From Clostridia bacterium (GTDB taxonomy: Bacteria; Bacillota; Clostridia; RGIG6154): a stretch of 64,000 bases of DNA. Made by a program: the position numbers and the translations under genes. Each line of letters begins with the position of its first letter. Positions within the stretch are counted from its first letter, which is position 1. The stretch lies in NCBI GenBank assembly GCA_045589295.1, contig JAZNOU010000021.1, positions 36,636-100,635 on the forward strand. Reading direction: 5' to 3'. This document shows positions 1-10,180 of this stretch, piece by piece. The notes under the pieces are model-generated. The model was not told the DNA's origin. It did no database searches and was given only the letters and a program-made list of their open reading frames with translations.

Positions 1-418
1 TCTGTCTTGCAACGGTCAAAACGGTGCCTTCTTGTGGTTTCATAACCGCACGATACGCAGTTTCTTTCGCGTTGTTAAGTGCAATTTTGAAGTTTTCTCC
101 ATCTGCCACTTCAACACCTTTAAAGCCTCTTGAAAGACCTCTGAAAAGCTGTGATAATATAACGCCTGAGTTACCCCTTGCCCCTCTTAAAGATGCGTTC
201 GCTGCAATATCTGCAATGGCAGTAACAGTGTCTTCATCAGTAATTTCAAGGGCAGCTTTCACCGCGCTGACCGTCAAAGACATATTTGTTCCTGTATCAC
301 CATCAGGAACAGGAAAAACATTCAGGTCGTCTACCATAACTTTTTTATTAGAAAGATTATTTGCAGCTGAAATAATCATTAGCTTTAGGGTATTTCCATC
401 TATAGTAGTATGTGCCAA
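1..418 (-). CDS. DAK2-domain protein / fatty acid kinase subunit A (YloV/FakA family), 5' part only, runs off window
   Basis: Manual minus-strand translation from TTG at 418 after GGAGGTG: MAHTTIDGNTLKLMIISAANNLSNKKVMVDDLNVFPVPDGDTGTNM...ARGNSGVILSQ; follows an Asp23-family gene as in yloU-yloV. Confidence 0.9.
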   Translation of the reverse strand, partial: MAHTTIDGNTLKLMIISAANNLSNKKVMVDDLNVFPVPDGDTGTNMSLTVSAVKAALEITDEDTVTAIADIAANASLRGARGNSGVILSQLFRGLSRGFKGVEVADGENFKIALNNAKETAYRAVMKPQEGTVLTVARQ

Positions 419-434
419 AGCGTTCACCTCCATA

Positions 435-794
435 TTAGTCATTAGAAACTCTTACGCTTTCGACTTGAACTACTACTTTATCAACCGAAAAGCCAGTCAT
501 AGATTCAATAGCATACTTAACACCATCAACAATATTATTGCTTATAGCATTAAGATTAACTCCATATTCAGCTATTATATGAATTTCAAGGGTAATTGAA
601 TTGCCGGTAACGGACACTTTTACACCCTTATTTGCAGAGTCTTTTTTCAAAATTGAAGCAAGTTCATCTGCCTTTGATTTAAAAGCCATTCCAACTACGC
701 CAACACACTTCATTGCTTCAGTTGCCGCTATTTTCCCAATCACCTCATCAGAAATAACAATATTGCCATATACATTTTCTGTTTTAACAGCCAT
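435..794 (-). CDS. Asp23/Gls24 family protein (YloU-like)
   Basis: YGNIVISDEVI..IAA.EA..CVGVVGM, KGVKV, IIAEYGV, V.VESV motifs; ATG at 794 after AAAGGA. Confidence 0.88.
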   Translation of the reverse strand: MAVKTENVYGNIVISDEVIGKIAATEAMKCVGVVGMAFKSKADELASILKKDSANKGVKVSVTGNSITLEIHIIAEYGVNLNAISNNIVDGVKYAIESMTGFSVDKVVVQVESVRVSND

Positions 795-817
795 ATTTAA
801 CATCCTTTCGTAAAAAA

Positions 818-1711
818 TTAAAGAATTTTTATCTCAGGCTCGATACTTACACCAAACTTTTCAAACACTCTCTGTTGACATAGACTTAAAAGTCCTTTTA
901 CATCTTCCGCGGTTGCATTGCATTTGTTAATAATAAAACCACAATGCTTTTCTGAAATCTGAGCCCCGCCAACCGAAACTCCTCTCAAACCACAATCATC
1001 AATGAGTTTTGCAGCAAAATATCCTTCAGGTCTTTTAAATGCACTGCCCGCACTCGGGAAATTCAAAGGTTGTTTTTCGCTACGTTTTTTGTTTAATTCC
1101 TTCATTTTACATAAAATATTTTCTTTTTGACCTTTTTCTAGCTCGATTTCACATGATAGAATTGTAAAATCTTTGTCTGAAAAGAAACTGTGTCTGTAAC
1201 CAAATTCGTGCTGAGAACCTTCAATTTTATAAATATTTCCATCCCTGTCACAGTAAGTTGTCTTCTTTATAACCCTAGAAAGCTCTCCATCGTATGCACC
1301 AGCATTCATAACTGCCCCGCCTCCGATTGTGCCAGGTATCCCTGATGCAAATTCAAAACCGCTAAGAGAATTTTCCAAAGCAACTGAAGCAATTTTTGCA
1401 AGTGATGCCCCACAGCCAGCACGGATGATATTCCCATCAGCAACAACAGAATTGATTTTTGTTGTTTTAATAACATAGCCATCAATCCCATCATCAGGTG
1501 CTAAAATATTAGAACCATTACCAACAATTATAAATTTCTCATTTTTAAGACACTTTATAACCTCAACCAGCTCTTTTTCAGTTTTAGGTATAATTACAGT
1601 CTTTGCATTTCCACCAATTTTAAACGTAGTATGGTTTTTCATTGGTTCGTTTTGTAAAACGCAATCTTTTGAGCATATATCATAGAGAACTTTTATGTTA
1701 ATTCCTCCCAA
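818..1711 (-). CDS. murB: UDP-N-acetylmuramate dehydrogenase
   Basis: HTTFKIGG, GNGSN, GIPGTIGG..MNAGAY, QPLNFPSAGSAFKRP, SEKHCGFIIN; start codon uncertain (see findings). Confidence 0.96.
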   Translation of the reverse strand: MGGINIKVLYDICSKDCVLQNEPMKNHTTFKIGGNAKTVIIPKTEKELVEVIKCLKNEKFIIVGNGSNILAPDDGIDGYVIKTTKINSVVADGNIIRAGCGASLAKIASVALENSLSGFEFASGIPGTIGGGAVMNAGAYDGELSRVIKKTTYCDRDGNIYKIEGSQHEFGYRHSFFSDKDFTILSCEIELEKGQKENILCKMKELNKKRSEKQPLNFPSAGSAFKRPEGYFAAKLIDDCGLRGVSVGGAQISEKHCGFIINKCNATAEDVKGLLSLCQQRVFEKFGVSIEPEIKIL

Positions 1712-1714
1712 ATA

Positions 1715-2668
1715 CTATTCTCTTAAAAGAGCTGCACCAACAATACCTGCATCATTGCCAAGCATAGCTTTTTCAATTCTTCCATCTCTAAACAACGGAG
1801 ATTTAGTTCCAACATATTTTTCTTTTTCAACAGCTTCTCTTAAAGGAATCAAAAGATTATCTCCCTCATTAGAAACTCCACCGCCGATAACCAACACTTC
1901 AGGTTGGAATATAAATATCATATTTGCAACACCTGCAGCAAGATATTTGATATACTCGTCAACAACTTTTTGGGCGGTCTTATCGCCCTGTTTTGCAGCA
2001 TTGAAAGCAGTTCTGCCACTGAATTTTCCTTCTTCTTCAACTAATTTCCAAATCAAAGAATCTTTATCCTTTTCAGCGTATTCTTTTGTAGTCTTTATAA
2101 GTGCTGTTGCAGATGAATATGCTTCCCAACAACCTTTTCTTCCACATCCACATTGTCTGCCATCAACTTCAATAACCGTATGTCCAAGTTCTGCACCAAA
2201 AAAATTAAATCCGCTGTAAAGTCTGCCATTAACAACAATACCACCGCCAACGCCAGTTCCTAAAGTAATCATAATAGAATCCTTTACACCTTTTGCGGCA
2301 CCTGCCATAGCTTCTGCCCACGCAGCACAGTTAGCATCATTATCTAGATAAACGGGTTTATCTATGTATTTTTGCATTTCTTTTCTTAATTCATACTCTT
2401 TAAATGGAAGATTTGCACCAGCAATCAAAACACCAAGTTCTTTTTCGATAAAACCAGGGCATGCAATACCAACAGACACAACATCATCCATAGAAATATT
2501 CGCCTGTTTAACAACCTCAATCGAAGTAAGAGCCATATCTTTAACAATTTCTTCAGATGTTCTTTCAGCAAGTGTTGGAGTGCTTATTTTGTGAATAATT
2601 TTTCCTTCTTCATTTACAACACCAACCGCAATATTTGTTCCACCGAGGTCAATACCAATATAATACAT
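1715..2668 (-). CDS. ROK-family glucokinase
   Basis: GIDLGGT, NDANCAA.AE, TLGTGVGGG, ELGH, CGCGRKGCWE zinc motif, GNDAGIVGAA. Confidence 0.92.
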   Translation of the reverse strand: MYYIGIDLGGTNIAVGVVNEEGKIIHKISTPTLAERTSEEIVKDMALTSIEVVKQANISMDDVVSVGIACPGFIEKELGVLIAGANLPFKEYELRKEMQKYIDKPVYLDNDANCAAWAEAMAGAAKGVKDSIMITLGTGVGGGIVVNGRLYSGFNFFGAELGHTVIEVDGRQCGCGRKGCWEAYSSATALIKTTKEYAEKDKDSLIWKLVEEEGKFSGRTAFNAAKQGDKTAQKVVDEYIKYLAAGVANMIFIFQPEVLVIGGGVSNEGDNLLIPLREAVEKEKYVGTKSPLFRDGRIEKAMLGNDAGIVGAALLRE

Positions 2669-2696
2669 AATTTATTCTCTCCTATTTTAAAAAATG

Positions 2697-3650
2697 TTAT
2701 TTATTTAATTCAGACTGTCTTTTTTCCATATCAAGTGTCAAGCGTTTATTAAGTTCTTCTGCTGCATTATATCCCATTTTTTTCTGGCGGTTATTCATAG
2801 CTGCAACTTCAATTATTATGGCAAGATTTCGTCCCGGCCTTACCGGTATAGTAAGTGCAGGCAGATTAATGCCTAAAATTTCAACAGTTTCATTATCAAG
2901 ACCCAATCTGTCATATTTTTTATGTTGCTGCCACTGTTCAAGACAAATCACCATATCAATTTTTTCAGTATCTTTTACTGCACCCATACCAAAAATGTTT
3001 TTAACATCAACAATACCAATGCCTCTTAATTCAATAAAATGCTTTATAATATCAGGGGCGCTTCCAACCAGTGTAATTTCCGAAACTTTTTTAATTTCAA
3101 CTGCATCGTCTGCAACAAGCCTGTGTCCACGTTTAACAAGTTCAATTGCAGTTTCGCTCTTACCTACGCCGCTCTCTCCTAAAATTAAAATACCTTCACC
3201 GTATACTTCTACCAAAACACCATGTCTGGTTATTCTTTCACCAAGTTCAACATTGAGCATTGCAATCAATGCACTCATAAACCTAGAAGTTGATTCTTCT
3301 GTCCTTAAAATTGGTACTTTTCTTAACAACGACGCCTTAATCATCTGTTCAGATGGTTCAAGCGACCTTGTTATAACAAGTGCAGGTATACCTGTAGCAA
3401 ACAACTTATCTATTTTTTCAAATTCTTCTTGTGGTGACAAATTTTCAAGATATGTGCTCTCAATCTTACCAAAAACCTGAATACGTGAAGAATCAAAATA
3501 ATCAAAAAAACCTGTAAGTGGAAGTCCTGGTCTGTTTACATCCATATTGCTGATTTTTATATTATCAATTACATCTTCGCAAGTTAAAACCTCAAGTCTT
3601 TGTTTTTTAACTATTTTCCATAATTCAACCGCAAAAGAAGGCATCTCCAT
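2697..3650 (-). CDS. hprK: HPr kinase/phosphorylase
   Basis: NRPGL, HGVLV, Walker A GESGVGKSE, LVADD, IELRGIGI, PVRPGRN. Confidence 0.97.
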   Translation of the reverse strand: MEMPSFAVELWKIVKKQRLEVLTCEDVIDNIKISNMDVNRPGLPLTGFFDYFDSSRIQVFGKIESTYLENLSPQEEFEKIDKLFATGIPALVITRSLEPSEQMIKASLLRKVPILRTEESTSRFMSALIAMLNVELGERITRHGVLVEVYGEGILILGESGVGKSETAIELVKRGHRLVADDAVEIKKVSEITLVGSAPDIIKHFIELRGIGIVDVKNIFGMGAVKDTEKIDMVICLEQWQQHKKYDRLGLDNETVEILGINLPALTIPVRPGRNLAIIIEVAAMNNRQKKMGYNAAEELNKRLTLDMEKRQSELNK

Positions 3651-3770
3651 TTAATCACCTCATAGTAAAAAGTCAAATATTATAGCAAAATATTTACACA
3701 TTTTTTAAATCAAATAACATCTATTTATTTTAACACATTTTTTGTCAAATTACAAGTATTTAATATATAA

Positions 3771-4199
3771 TCAAATTAATTGTTTCTTTTTTTCAACTTC
3801 GACAAGGCCATCAGGAGTTTCAACCATATCATGACTGTTAAGCAAAAATCTTCTTATTGCAAACAAAATCGCAATAGCTACAACAATAATAAGATTCTCC
3901 CATGCCGCTACGTGTCCTACTATGAGTTTTCTTGCTAAAGCAAAAGCAAGTACTTCAATCACTGTTTCAGGAGTGTGTTTGCATAACATCTTAATAAGCT
4001 CAGCACCAATTGCAAGAATAATTGCATCATCAAGCAGCTTAACAAATGTTTCAACACCATTTGAATAGGCTGTCACATTTACAGCATCAACAATGATTCT
4101 AAACGTCATAATCACAATTCCAACTCCAACTATAAGAGAAACCAAAAGTTCAAATAAGTAACTTAATTCAAACATTTTATCCTGTAGTTTTTTTCTCAT
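3771..4199 (-). CDS. Small membrane protein, possibly PsiE-like
   Basis: About four hydrophobic segments, ELIKML..H...VIEVL.FALARK pattern; ATG at 4199 after GGAGG. Confidence 0.5.
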   Translation of the reverse strand: MRKKLQDKMFELSYLFELLVSLIVGVGIVIMTFRIIVDAVNVTAYSNGVETFVKLLDDAIILAIGAELIKMLCKHTPETVIEVLAFALARKLIVGHVAAWENLIIVVAIAILFAIRRFLLNSHDMVETPDGLVEVEKKKQLI

Positions 4200-4325
4200 T
4201 TTTAACCCTCCGTTTTTAAAAATCAACATATAATTATTATTTATAATATCCAACATATGTAACATATAGTAAATAAACATACTAAGCACATAATAATTTT
4301 AACATATTTTCCAAAAAAGTGCAAC

Positions 4326-4360
4326 AAAAAAAAGAGGTGTAATTACCACACACCTCTTTT
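4326..4360 (-). terminator. Intrinsic terminator after 6S RNA (possibly bidirectional)
   Basis: AAAAAAAAGAGGTGT-N9-ACACCTCTTTT inverted repeat giving a U8 tail on the minus strand. Confidence 0.75.
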
Positions 4361-4373
4361 AAATTCATTATAA

Positions 4374-4562
4374 ACCCCGCCTGACCGTTTCCCTGTCAAT
4401 TTTAAACCTGAATTTTCAGGTGGGTTTCCTCTCATTTGCTTAATCGCTCCTCCAATGCCACAAATGTGGGGAGGCCTGCAAGCCACAAACGAAGTCAGAA
4501 TCCCTTAAAATGAGTGTTGGTTCAAAACACGTACAAGGACTAAACACGAATCAGGCAGGATA
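4374..4562 (-). ncRNA. ssrS: 6S RNA
   Basis: ~190 nt intergenic, GC-richer than flanks; ends pair (CCTGCCTGA..CGT / ACG..TCAGGCGGGG); internal TTGAACCAACAC..AGGGA and GAGAGGAAACCCACCTG..AGGTTTAA segments resemble clostridial 6S RNAs; terminator follows. Confidence 0.75.
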
Positions 4563-4573
4563 AGGGGATTAAA

Positions 4574-4837
4574 TTACTCCCCTTCTTCCTCTTCACAAAG
4601 CTGAGCATACCTGTCTAAAACAGCTTGAGCTTCTTCATCGTTATCAACACCGACTAAAACTTCGCAATCAGCATCATCATTTTCGAACTTGAGTATAACA
4701 ACTCCACCTTCAGGATCTTCAACAGGAAGAAGAATAACGTAATACTCGTCATTCATTTCAATTGTATCAATATGTTCAAATTCTACTTCTTTACCTTCAT
4801 CGTCAGTTAAAACGATAATTCCTTCTTTTTCAGACAT
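4574..4837 (-). CDS. DUF1292 family acidic small protein
   Basis: IIVLTDDEGKEVEFE.IDTIE....EYYVILLP, very acidic. Confidence 0.85.
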   Translation of the reverse strand: MSEKEGIIVLTDDEGKEVEFEHIDTIEMNDEYYVILLPVEDPEGGVVILKFENDDADCEVLVGVDNDEEAQAVLDRYAQLCEEEEGE

Positions 4838-4859
4838 AAAAATTCCTCTTTTCAATTAT

Positions 4860-4888
4860 ATTTTATCGCAACGTAAAACATATGTCAA
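4860..4888 (-). promoter_or_regulatory. sigmaA-type promoter for DUF1292-6S RNA
   Basis: Minus strand TTGACA-17nt-TAAAAT. Confidence 0.6.
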
Positions 4889-4911
4889 TATTGTTTGTAA
4901 AATTACCAAAA

Positions 4912-5628
4912 TTATTCTTCACACTTAACTGCAAACATTAAAACATATGGCACACTAACCACAGCAAGCATCAAGAAAAGGTTGTACCACCTCACAAGAT
5001 AGAAAATCTGGAACGCATACGCAACAAGTGACAAAAATGCATACACCGCATACGCCCACCAAAATGAATTATTTTTTGATTTTACAATAAATACAATTCC
5101 AAGTGCCATAGCAAGTGCATAAACAACAATAAAAGCTATATTTCTTGCCAAAATCATAGTATTAACCATTACATCAGGCACAACAAACACAGAAAGGGAT
5201 AAGCCTCCGATTACAACAACCGCTAATAAGGCAACCCACCATTTTGCCAAAAAATTCTTGCCAAATGCAACTCTGTCAGCAAAAGAAAAAGCAAAAATCG
5301 TAACAAGCGCATATGCTGTTGCATAAAAATAGTTGTAAAATGTCAACTCGTTAATGCCATGCAAAAGTTTTGCAACAAAACCTAATATACCCAAAAGCAC
5401 GAATTCTGCACCAAGCAGAACAACGCCAAGTCTTTTCGCAACAATACCATGAACAAGTGTAAACGCCGCAGGAATAGCCACAAAGAAATATCCACACATC
5501 ATAACCCATCTTAAATCTGTTGCCAAATTAATAAGATAGTAATATGCAATAGCAACCATCGCTAAAACCATAGCAAAAATAGTGCTTATTCTTGCGGTTT
5601 CTTCTCTACTTGAAAAATAATTTTTCAT
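4912..5628 (-). CDS. Hypothetical multi-pass membrane protein
   Basis: 238 aa, ~8 hydrophobic segments, GGAG RBS, directly after glyQS; no family recognised. Confidence 0.65.
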   Translation of the reverse strand: MKNYFSSREETARISTIFAMVLAMVAIAYYYLINLATDLRWVMMCGYFFVAIPAAFTLVHGIVAKRLGVVLLGAEFVLLGILGFVAKLLHGINELTFYNYFYATAYALVTIFAFSFADRVAFGKNFLAKWWVALLAVVVIGGLSLSVFVVPDVMVNTMILARNIAFIVVYALAMALGIVFIVKSKNNSFWWAYAVYAFLSLVAYAFQIFYLVRWYNLFLMLAVVSVPYVLMFAVKCEE

Positions 5629-5640
5629 ATTTTTTACTCC

Positions 5641-7017
5641 TTAAAAATCAAGTTTTGATTCAATGAAGCTCTTGATTTCTTCAATTTTAATTCTCTGCTG
5701 TTCCATAGTATCTCTATCACGAACAGTTACACATCCATCTGTTTCAGACTCAAAATCATAAGTAATACAAAATGGTGTTCCGATTTCATCCTGTCGACGA
5801 TATCTCTTACCGATTGAACCAGCTTCATCATATTCACAGTTGAAATATTTTGCAAGGTCTGCATAAACTTTTCCAGCGCCTTCAGCAAGTTTTTTTGAAA
5901 GCGGTAAAATTGCAGCCTTAACAGGAGCTAACGCAGGATGAAGTCTTAGCACAACTCTTGTGTCGCCCTCAGCAATTTCTTCCTCATCATAAGCTTCACA
6001 AAGGAAAGCCAAAGCTACTCTGTCGGCGCCAAGTGATGGTTCAACACAATAAGGAACGTATTTTTCATTTGTAATAGGATCTGTATATTCCATTGATTCA
6101 CCAGAGTGAGTTGCGTGCTGTTTTAAGTCGAAGTCTGTTCTGTCAGCAATACCCCAAAGTTCGCCCCAACCAAACGGGAATAAAAATTCAATATCTGTTG
6201 TTGCATTTGAATAATGTGAAAGTTCTTCTGGAGAATGATCACGCATTTTAATATTTTCTTCTTTCATGTCAAGTGACAAAAGAAAGTTTTTACAATAATC
6301 TTTCCAATAATTAAACCAATCCATATCAGTTCCGGGAGCACAGAAAAACTCAAGTTCCATCTGTTCAAATTCTCTTGTTCTAAACGTAAAGTTACCCGGT
6401 GTAATTTCGTTTCTGAAAGATTTGCCAACCTGACCTATACCAAAAGGAATTTTCTTTCTTGTTGTTCTCTGAACATTTTTAAAGTTAACAAATATACCTT
6501 GCGCAGTTTCTGGGCGCAAGAAAAGTTCCGACTTAGAATCTTCTGTAACGCCCTGGAATGTCTTAAACATAAGGTTAAATTTTCTAATTGATGTAAAGTT
6601 TGCTTTTCCGCATTCAGGACAAACAATTCCGTTTTCAATGATGTAGTTATACATCTGTTCATCTGTCCAACCGTCTGCAGAAATATGTGCAGCGTCTTCA
6701 ATAAGCTTGTCCGCTCTAAAACGTGCTTTACATTCCTTACAATCCATCAATGGATCAGAAAATCCTCCTACGTGTCCTGATGCAACCCAAGTCTGCGGAT
6801 TCATCAAAATTGCAGCATCAAGACCAACATTGTATGGGCTTTCCTGAATGAATTTTTTCCACCAAGCTTTTTTTACATTGTTTTTAAATTCCACACCAAG
6901 TGGACCGTAATCCCAAGTATTAGAAAGTCCGCCATAGATTTCAGAACCCGGATATACATAACCTCTGCCTTTGCAAAGAGCTACCACTTTTTCCATTGTT
7001 TTTTTAGAATTATCCAT
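5641..7017 (-). CDS. glyQS: Glycine--tRNA ligase (alpha2 type)
   Basis: [68 protein letters not shown]; ATG at 7017 after GGAGG. Confidence 0.97.
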   Translation of the reverse strand: MDNSKKTMEKVVALCKGRGYVYPGSEIYGGLSNTWDYGPLGVEFKNNVKKAWWKKFIQESPYNVGLDAAILMNPQTWVASGHVGGFSDPLMDCKECKARFRADKLIEDAAHISADGWTDEQMYNYIIENGIVCPECGKANFTSIRKFNLMFKTFQGVTEDSKSELFLRPETAQGIFVNFKNVQRTTRKKIPFGIGQVGKSFRNEITPGNFTFRTREFEQMELEFFCAPGTDMDWFNYWKDYCKNFLLSLDMKEENIKMRDHSPEELSHYSNATTDIEFLFPFGWGELWGIADRTDFDLKQHATHSGESMEYTDPITNEKYVPYCVEPSLGADRVALAFLCEAYDEEEIAEGDTRVVLRLHPALAPVKAAILPLSKKLAEGAGKVYADLAKYFNCEYDEAGSIGKRYRRQDEIGTPFCITYDFESETDGCVTVRDRDTMEQQRIKIEEIKSFIESKLDF

Positions 7018-7031
7018 AATACCCTCCAAAT

Positions 7032-8516
7032 TTATTTGTGATATAATTTTTTCGTATGATATTGAGGCTCGCATGTTATATTAACTCCAAGCCTTTTAAA
7101 AACATTTTCATCTACACTTGATAAAATCACTGTCGAATGTAGCTCGCAACCACGCAAATTATCCAACTGCTTGATAGCAGACTGAGCATCAGCATTTGTA
7201 GCCCCACATATTGCAAGAGCAATCAAAATTTCATCTGAGTGAAGTCTTGGATTATGGTTTCCCATATATTTTGTTTTAAGCTCCTGTATCGGCTCAATTT
7301 CAGTAGGTGAAATAAGTTTTACATCGTGGTGAATACAAGCAAGTTCTTTTAAAGCATTCAATAGTGCAGCGGCAGATGCCCCCAAAAGTGAACTTGTCTT
7401 ACCTGTGATAACTTTACCATCAGGAAGTTCAATCGCAACTGCAGGAAGTCCTGTGCTTTCTGCACGTTGCAACGCTTGTTTTACAACAGGTCTGTCGGCT
7501 GAAGAAGTATGTGTCTGATTCATTAAAAGTTCAAGACGATAAATTTCTTCTTTATCTGCGCTTCCCTGTTTCTGAGCACATCTTGCGGCATAATATCTTC
7601 TTATAATTTCCTGCTTTGATGCTTCGCTTACCGCTTCGTCATCTGTAATGCAAAATCCAGCCATATTTACTCCCATATCTGTTGGACTTTTATACGGCGA
7701 TTCACCATTAATCTTTTCAAAAATCGCATTCAAAACAGGGAAAATTTCAATATCTCTGTTATAATTAACTGTTGTTTTTCCGTATGCTTCCAAGTGGAAC
7801 GGATCAATCATATTTACATCATCTAGGTCAGCTGTTGCAGCCTCGTAAGCAAGATTAACGGGATGCTTGAGTGGTAAATTCCAAACCGGGAATGTCTCAA
7901 ATTTAGCATATCCTGCTTTTACATTCCTTCTGTTCTCGTGATAAAGTTGTGAAAGGCATGTAGCCATTTTGCCACTTCCAGGTCCAGGTGCAGTTACAAC
8001 AACCAAAGACCTCTTGGTTTCAACATATTCGTTTTTACCAAAACCATCCTCACTTACAATAAGTGGAATGTTGGACGGATAGTCCGGTATAACATAGTGA
8101 ATATACACCTTAATACCCATACTTTCAAGACGTTTTTTAAACAAATCCGCAGCACTTTGTGATTTGTACTGTGTAATAACAACACTACCAACAAACAAAC
8201 CAATTCCCCTGAAAGCATCAATTAATCTTAGGGTTTCAAGATCATAAGTAATTCCAAGGTCACCCCTGCGTTTATTCTTTTCAATCGCATCGGCACTTAT
8301 AACTATGACAATTTCGGCCTCATCTTTTAATTCCAAAAGGAGTTTAACCTTACTGTCAGGTTGAAATCCAGGAAGAACACGTGCTGCATGATAATCGTCA
8401 AACAGTTTTCCACCAAATTCCAAATAAAGTTTACCACCAAATTTAGAAATTCTCTCCCTGATATTTTTCGACTGCAGTTCAAGGTATTTTTCATTGTCAA
8501 AACCAATTTTTGTCAT
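7032..8516 (-). CDS. DUF1846 (UPF0371) family protein
   Basis: [51 protein letters not shown]. Confidence 0.92.
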   Translation of the reverse strand: MTKIGFDNEKYLELQSKNIRERISKFGGKLYLEFGGKLFDDYHAARVLPGFQPDSKVKLLLELKDEAEIVIVISADAIEKNKRRGDLGITYDLETLRLIDAFRGIGLFVGSVVITQYKSQSAADLFKKRLESMGIKVYIHYVIPDYPSNIPLIVSEDGFGKNEYVETKRSLVVVTAPGPGSGKMATCLSQLYHENRRNVKAGYAKFETFPVWNLPLKHPVNLAYEAATADLDDVNMIDPFHLEAYGKTTVNYNRDIEIFPVLNAIFEKINGESPYKSPTDMGVNMAGFCITDDEAVSEASKQEIIRRYYAARCAQKQGSADKEEIYRLELLMNQTHTSSADRPVVKQALQRAESTGLPAVAIELPDGKVITGKTSSLLGASAAALLNALKELACIHHDVKLISPTEIEPIQELKTKYMGNHNPRLHSDEILIALAICGATNADAQSAIKQLDNLRGCELHSTVILSSVDENVFKRLGVNITCEPQYHTKKLYHK

Positions 8517-8606
8517 AACATAAATCCCTTCAATAAAACAATTACTATCATAAAATTATACCACTATATTACAAATAGTGCAATACATAATTTGCTTTTT
8601 TAATAT

Positions 8607-9254
8607 TTATTTTATAAGTTTGCCACTACTGTTAATGTTAATATACATAGTTTTCGACTTTTCACATTTGCAAAGGGCATCAGTCTTTTCAACTATATTT
8701 TCTATCAGCTTGTCCGATAAATCAACTTTTTCGAATATTTCTGCACATACTTTGTCTGCATAAATAATCTCGCCTGTTGGTATGCCAAGCGTTGCAACCA
8801 TATTTACAACTTTACCCCACACATTATAATCGCAAGAAACAATCACTTTATCACACAGGCACTTTGATATAATCTCTGCCTCATTTATCACTTTTTTAAC
8901 ACTCTCAGAATATGCTCTTACCAGTCCGCCTGTTCCTAAAAGAGTTCCTCCAAAATATCTTGTTATTACAACTGCAACATTTAAAAGACCCGCCCCTTCT
9001 AAAACTTTTAATGACGGAACCCCCGAAGTTCCGGAGGGTTCACCGTCATCAGAATATCTTTTTATATTTTGTTCTGACAGGATATATGCATAAACATTAT
9101 GAGTTGCATCCCAATATTTCGCTCGCATCTCTTCAATAAAGGCAGTAGCTTCTTCCTGTGTCGATACCGGTCTTAAAGTTGCAATAAATTTAGATTTTTT
9201 ATCAACATACTCAGCCACATACTCTGCCAGAACAGTTTTGTATTCTTTTATCAA
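8607..9254 (-). CDS. YigZ/IMPACT family protein
   Basis: KKSKFIA, DATHNVYAY, SDDGEPSGTSG.P, RYFGGTLLGTGGLVRAY. Confidence 0.93.
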   Translation of the reverse strand: MIKEYKTVLAEYVAEYVDKKSKFIATLRPVSTQEEATAFIEEMRAKYWDATHNVYAYILSEQNIKRYSDDGEPSGTSGVPSLKVLEGAGLLNVAVVITRYFGGTLLGTGGLVRAYSESVKKVINEAEIISKCLCDKVIVSCDYNVWGKVVNMVATLGIPTGEIIYADKVCAEIFEKVDLSDKLIENIVEKTDALCKCEKSKTMYININSSGKLIK

Positions 9255-9272
9255 AAAATCACCCTTTGTTAT

Positions 9273-9341
9273 TCAGATTTTAAAAATACTTTTTAAAATC
9301 CTGCTCCAAAATTTAGACGGATTAACTACTACTATCTTCAT
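9273..9341 (-). CDS. spoVM: Stage V sporulation protein SpoVM (22 aa)
   Basis: MKIVVVNPSKFWSRILKSIFKI after AAAGGG RBS; amphipathic peptide with the conserved Pro, located downstream of thiN as in Bacillus/Clostridium. Confidence 0.75.
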   Translation of the reverse strand: MKIVVVNPSKFWSRILKSIFKI

Positions 9342-9361
9342 AAACTCAACCCTTTCATTTT

Positions 9362-9508
9362 TTAAGCACAAAGCATCACACAACACACAAAGATCACCGC
9401 AGCACAGAGCAGGAATAAAATCCAACTCGCAGGCAGCAATATGTAAATAACAATGCCCGCCGCAAATCCTAAAACTGTGTAAAGCCACCATTTGCACCTT
9501 CTGAACAT
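9362..9508 (-). CDS. Small hydrophobic protein (48 aa) upstream of spoVM, not in the ORF track
   Basis: GAGGAA RBS then MFRRCKWWLYTVLGFAAGIVIYILLPASWILFLLCAAVIFVCCVMLCA*; basic N-terminus plus two predicted TM helices. Confidence 0.6.
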   Translation of the reverse strand: MFRRCKWWLYTVLGFAAGIVIYILLPASWILFLLCAAVIFVCCVMLCA

Positions 9509-9525
9509 AATATCATTCCTCACAG

Positions 9526-9572
9526 AAAAAGAAGTGTCCTTCGCTATTATTATATTAAAGACACTTCTTTTT
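9526..9572 (-). terminator. Inverted repeat / probable terminator after thiN
   Basis: AAAAAGAAGTGTC...GACACTTCTTTTT arms around a 21 nt AT-rich loop. Confidence 0.55.
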
Positions 9573-9579
9573 GTGCAAA

Positions 9580-10179
9580 TTAAATAACTGTTTTACATAT
9601 AACAGCAAGCACTTTACCTGAATTTACAATAAGTTTTGCATTTTCAAGTGCTATATTACTTAACGTAAGGGTATCTCCTATTTTCAAATCCGCATTATAA
9701 AGCGGATATTTAAATCCTTCAAGAGAAATATTTGCTTTTTCATAAGGCAAAAAACTTATACTTTTGCCGATATAATTATTAAAATCAACTAAGTTATCAC
9801 AATAAATAACCTTTACATCGGTTTCTTCAATAATCACTTTATTGTACTTAAACAAAAGATGTAAATTAAACATTTGATGATCGAGCCTTCCACCTAATGC
9901 ACATGAAAGAACAATGTCATCCCCATAATGCTCTATTGCGTAATTAATAGCAATTTCCGCATCATTCAAATCTTTTTCTTTTGGGAAAACAACAGTTTTT
10001 ATGTTTTTAGGCACAACACAAGAATCAAAGTCACCGACAACAATATCAGGTACGATTCCTGCATTTTGTGCATGAATATAGCCGCCATCCGCACAGATAA
10101 CTTTATCCACCTTTAAAGACAATTCTTTAAGGAAAGACAAACTTTCACACTTGCCATTTAAAATTATAAGTGTTTTCAT
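9580..10179 (-). CDS. thiN: Thiamine diphosphokinase
   Basis: CADGG, VGDFDS, EKD..D, LGGRLDH, GFKYPL, LSN. Confidence 0.93.
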   Translation of the reverse strand: MKTLIILNGKCESLSFLKELSLKVDKVICADGGYIHAQNAGIVPDIVVGDFDSCVVPKNIKTVVFPKEKDLNDAEIAINYAIEHYGDDIVLSCALGGRLDHQMFNLHLLFKYNKVIIEETDVKVIYCDNLVDFNNYIGKSISFLPYEKANISLEGFKYPLYNADLKIGDTLTLSNIALENAKLIVNSGKVLAVICKTVI

Positions 10180-10180
10180 A

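Noticed and set aside
24-599. Long plus-strand ORF (191 aa) and the many other antisense or alternate-frame ORFs in the track (e.g. 1695-2219, 2818-3480, 31909-32448)
   Set aside because: They are shadows of well-supported opposite-strand genes, with no RBS or recognisable motifs.
7018-7031. T-box upstream of glyQS
   Set aside because: Only 14 nt separate it from DUF1846, and no T-box motif was seen upstream of DUF1846 either.
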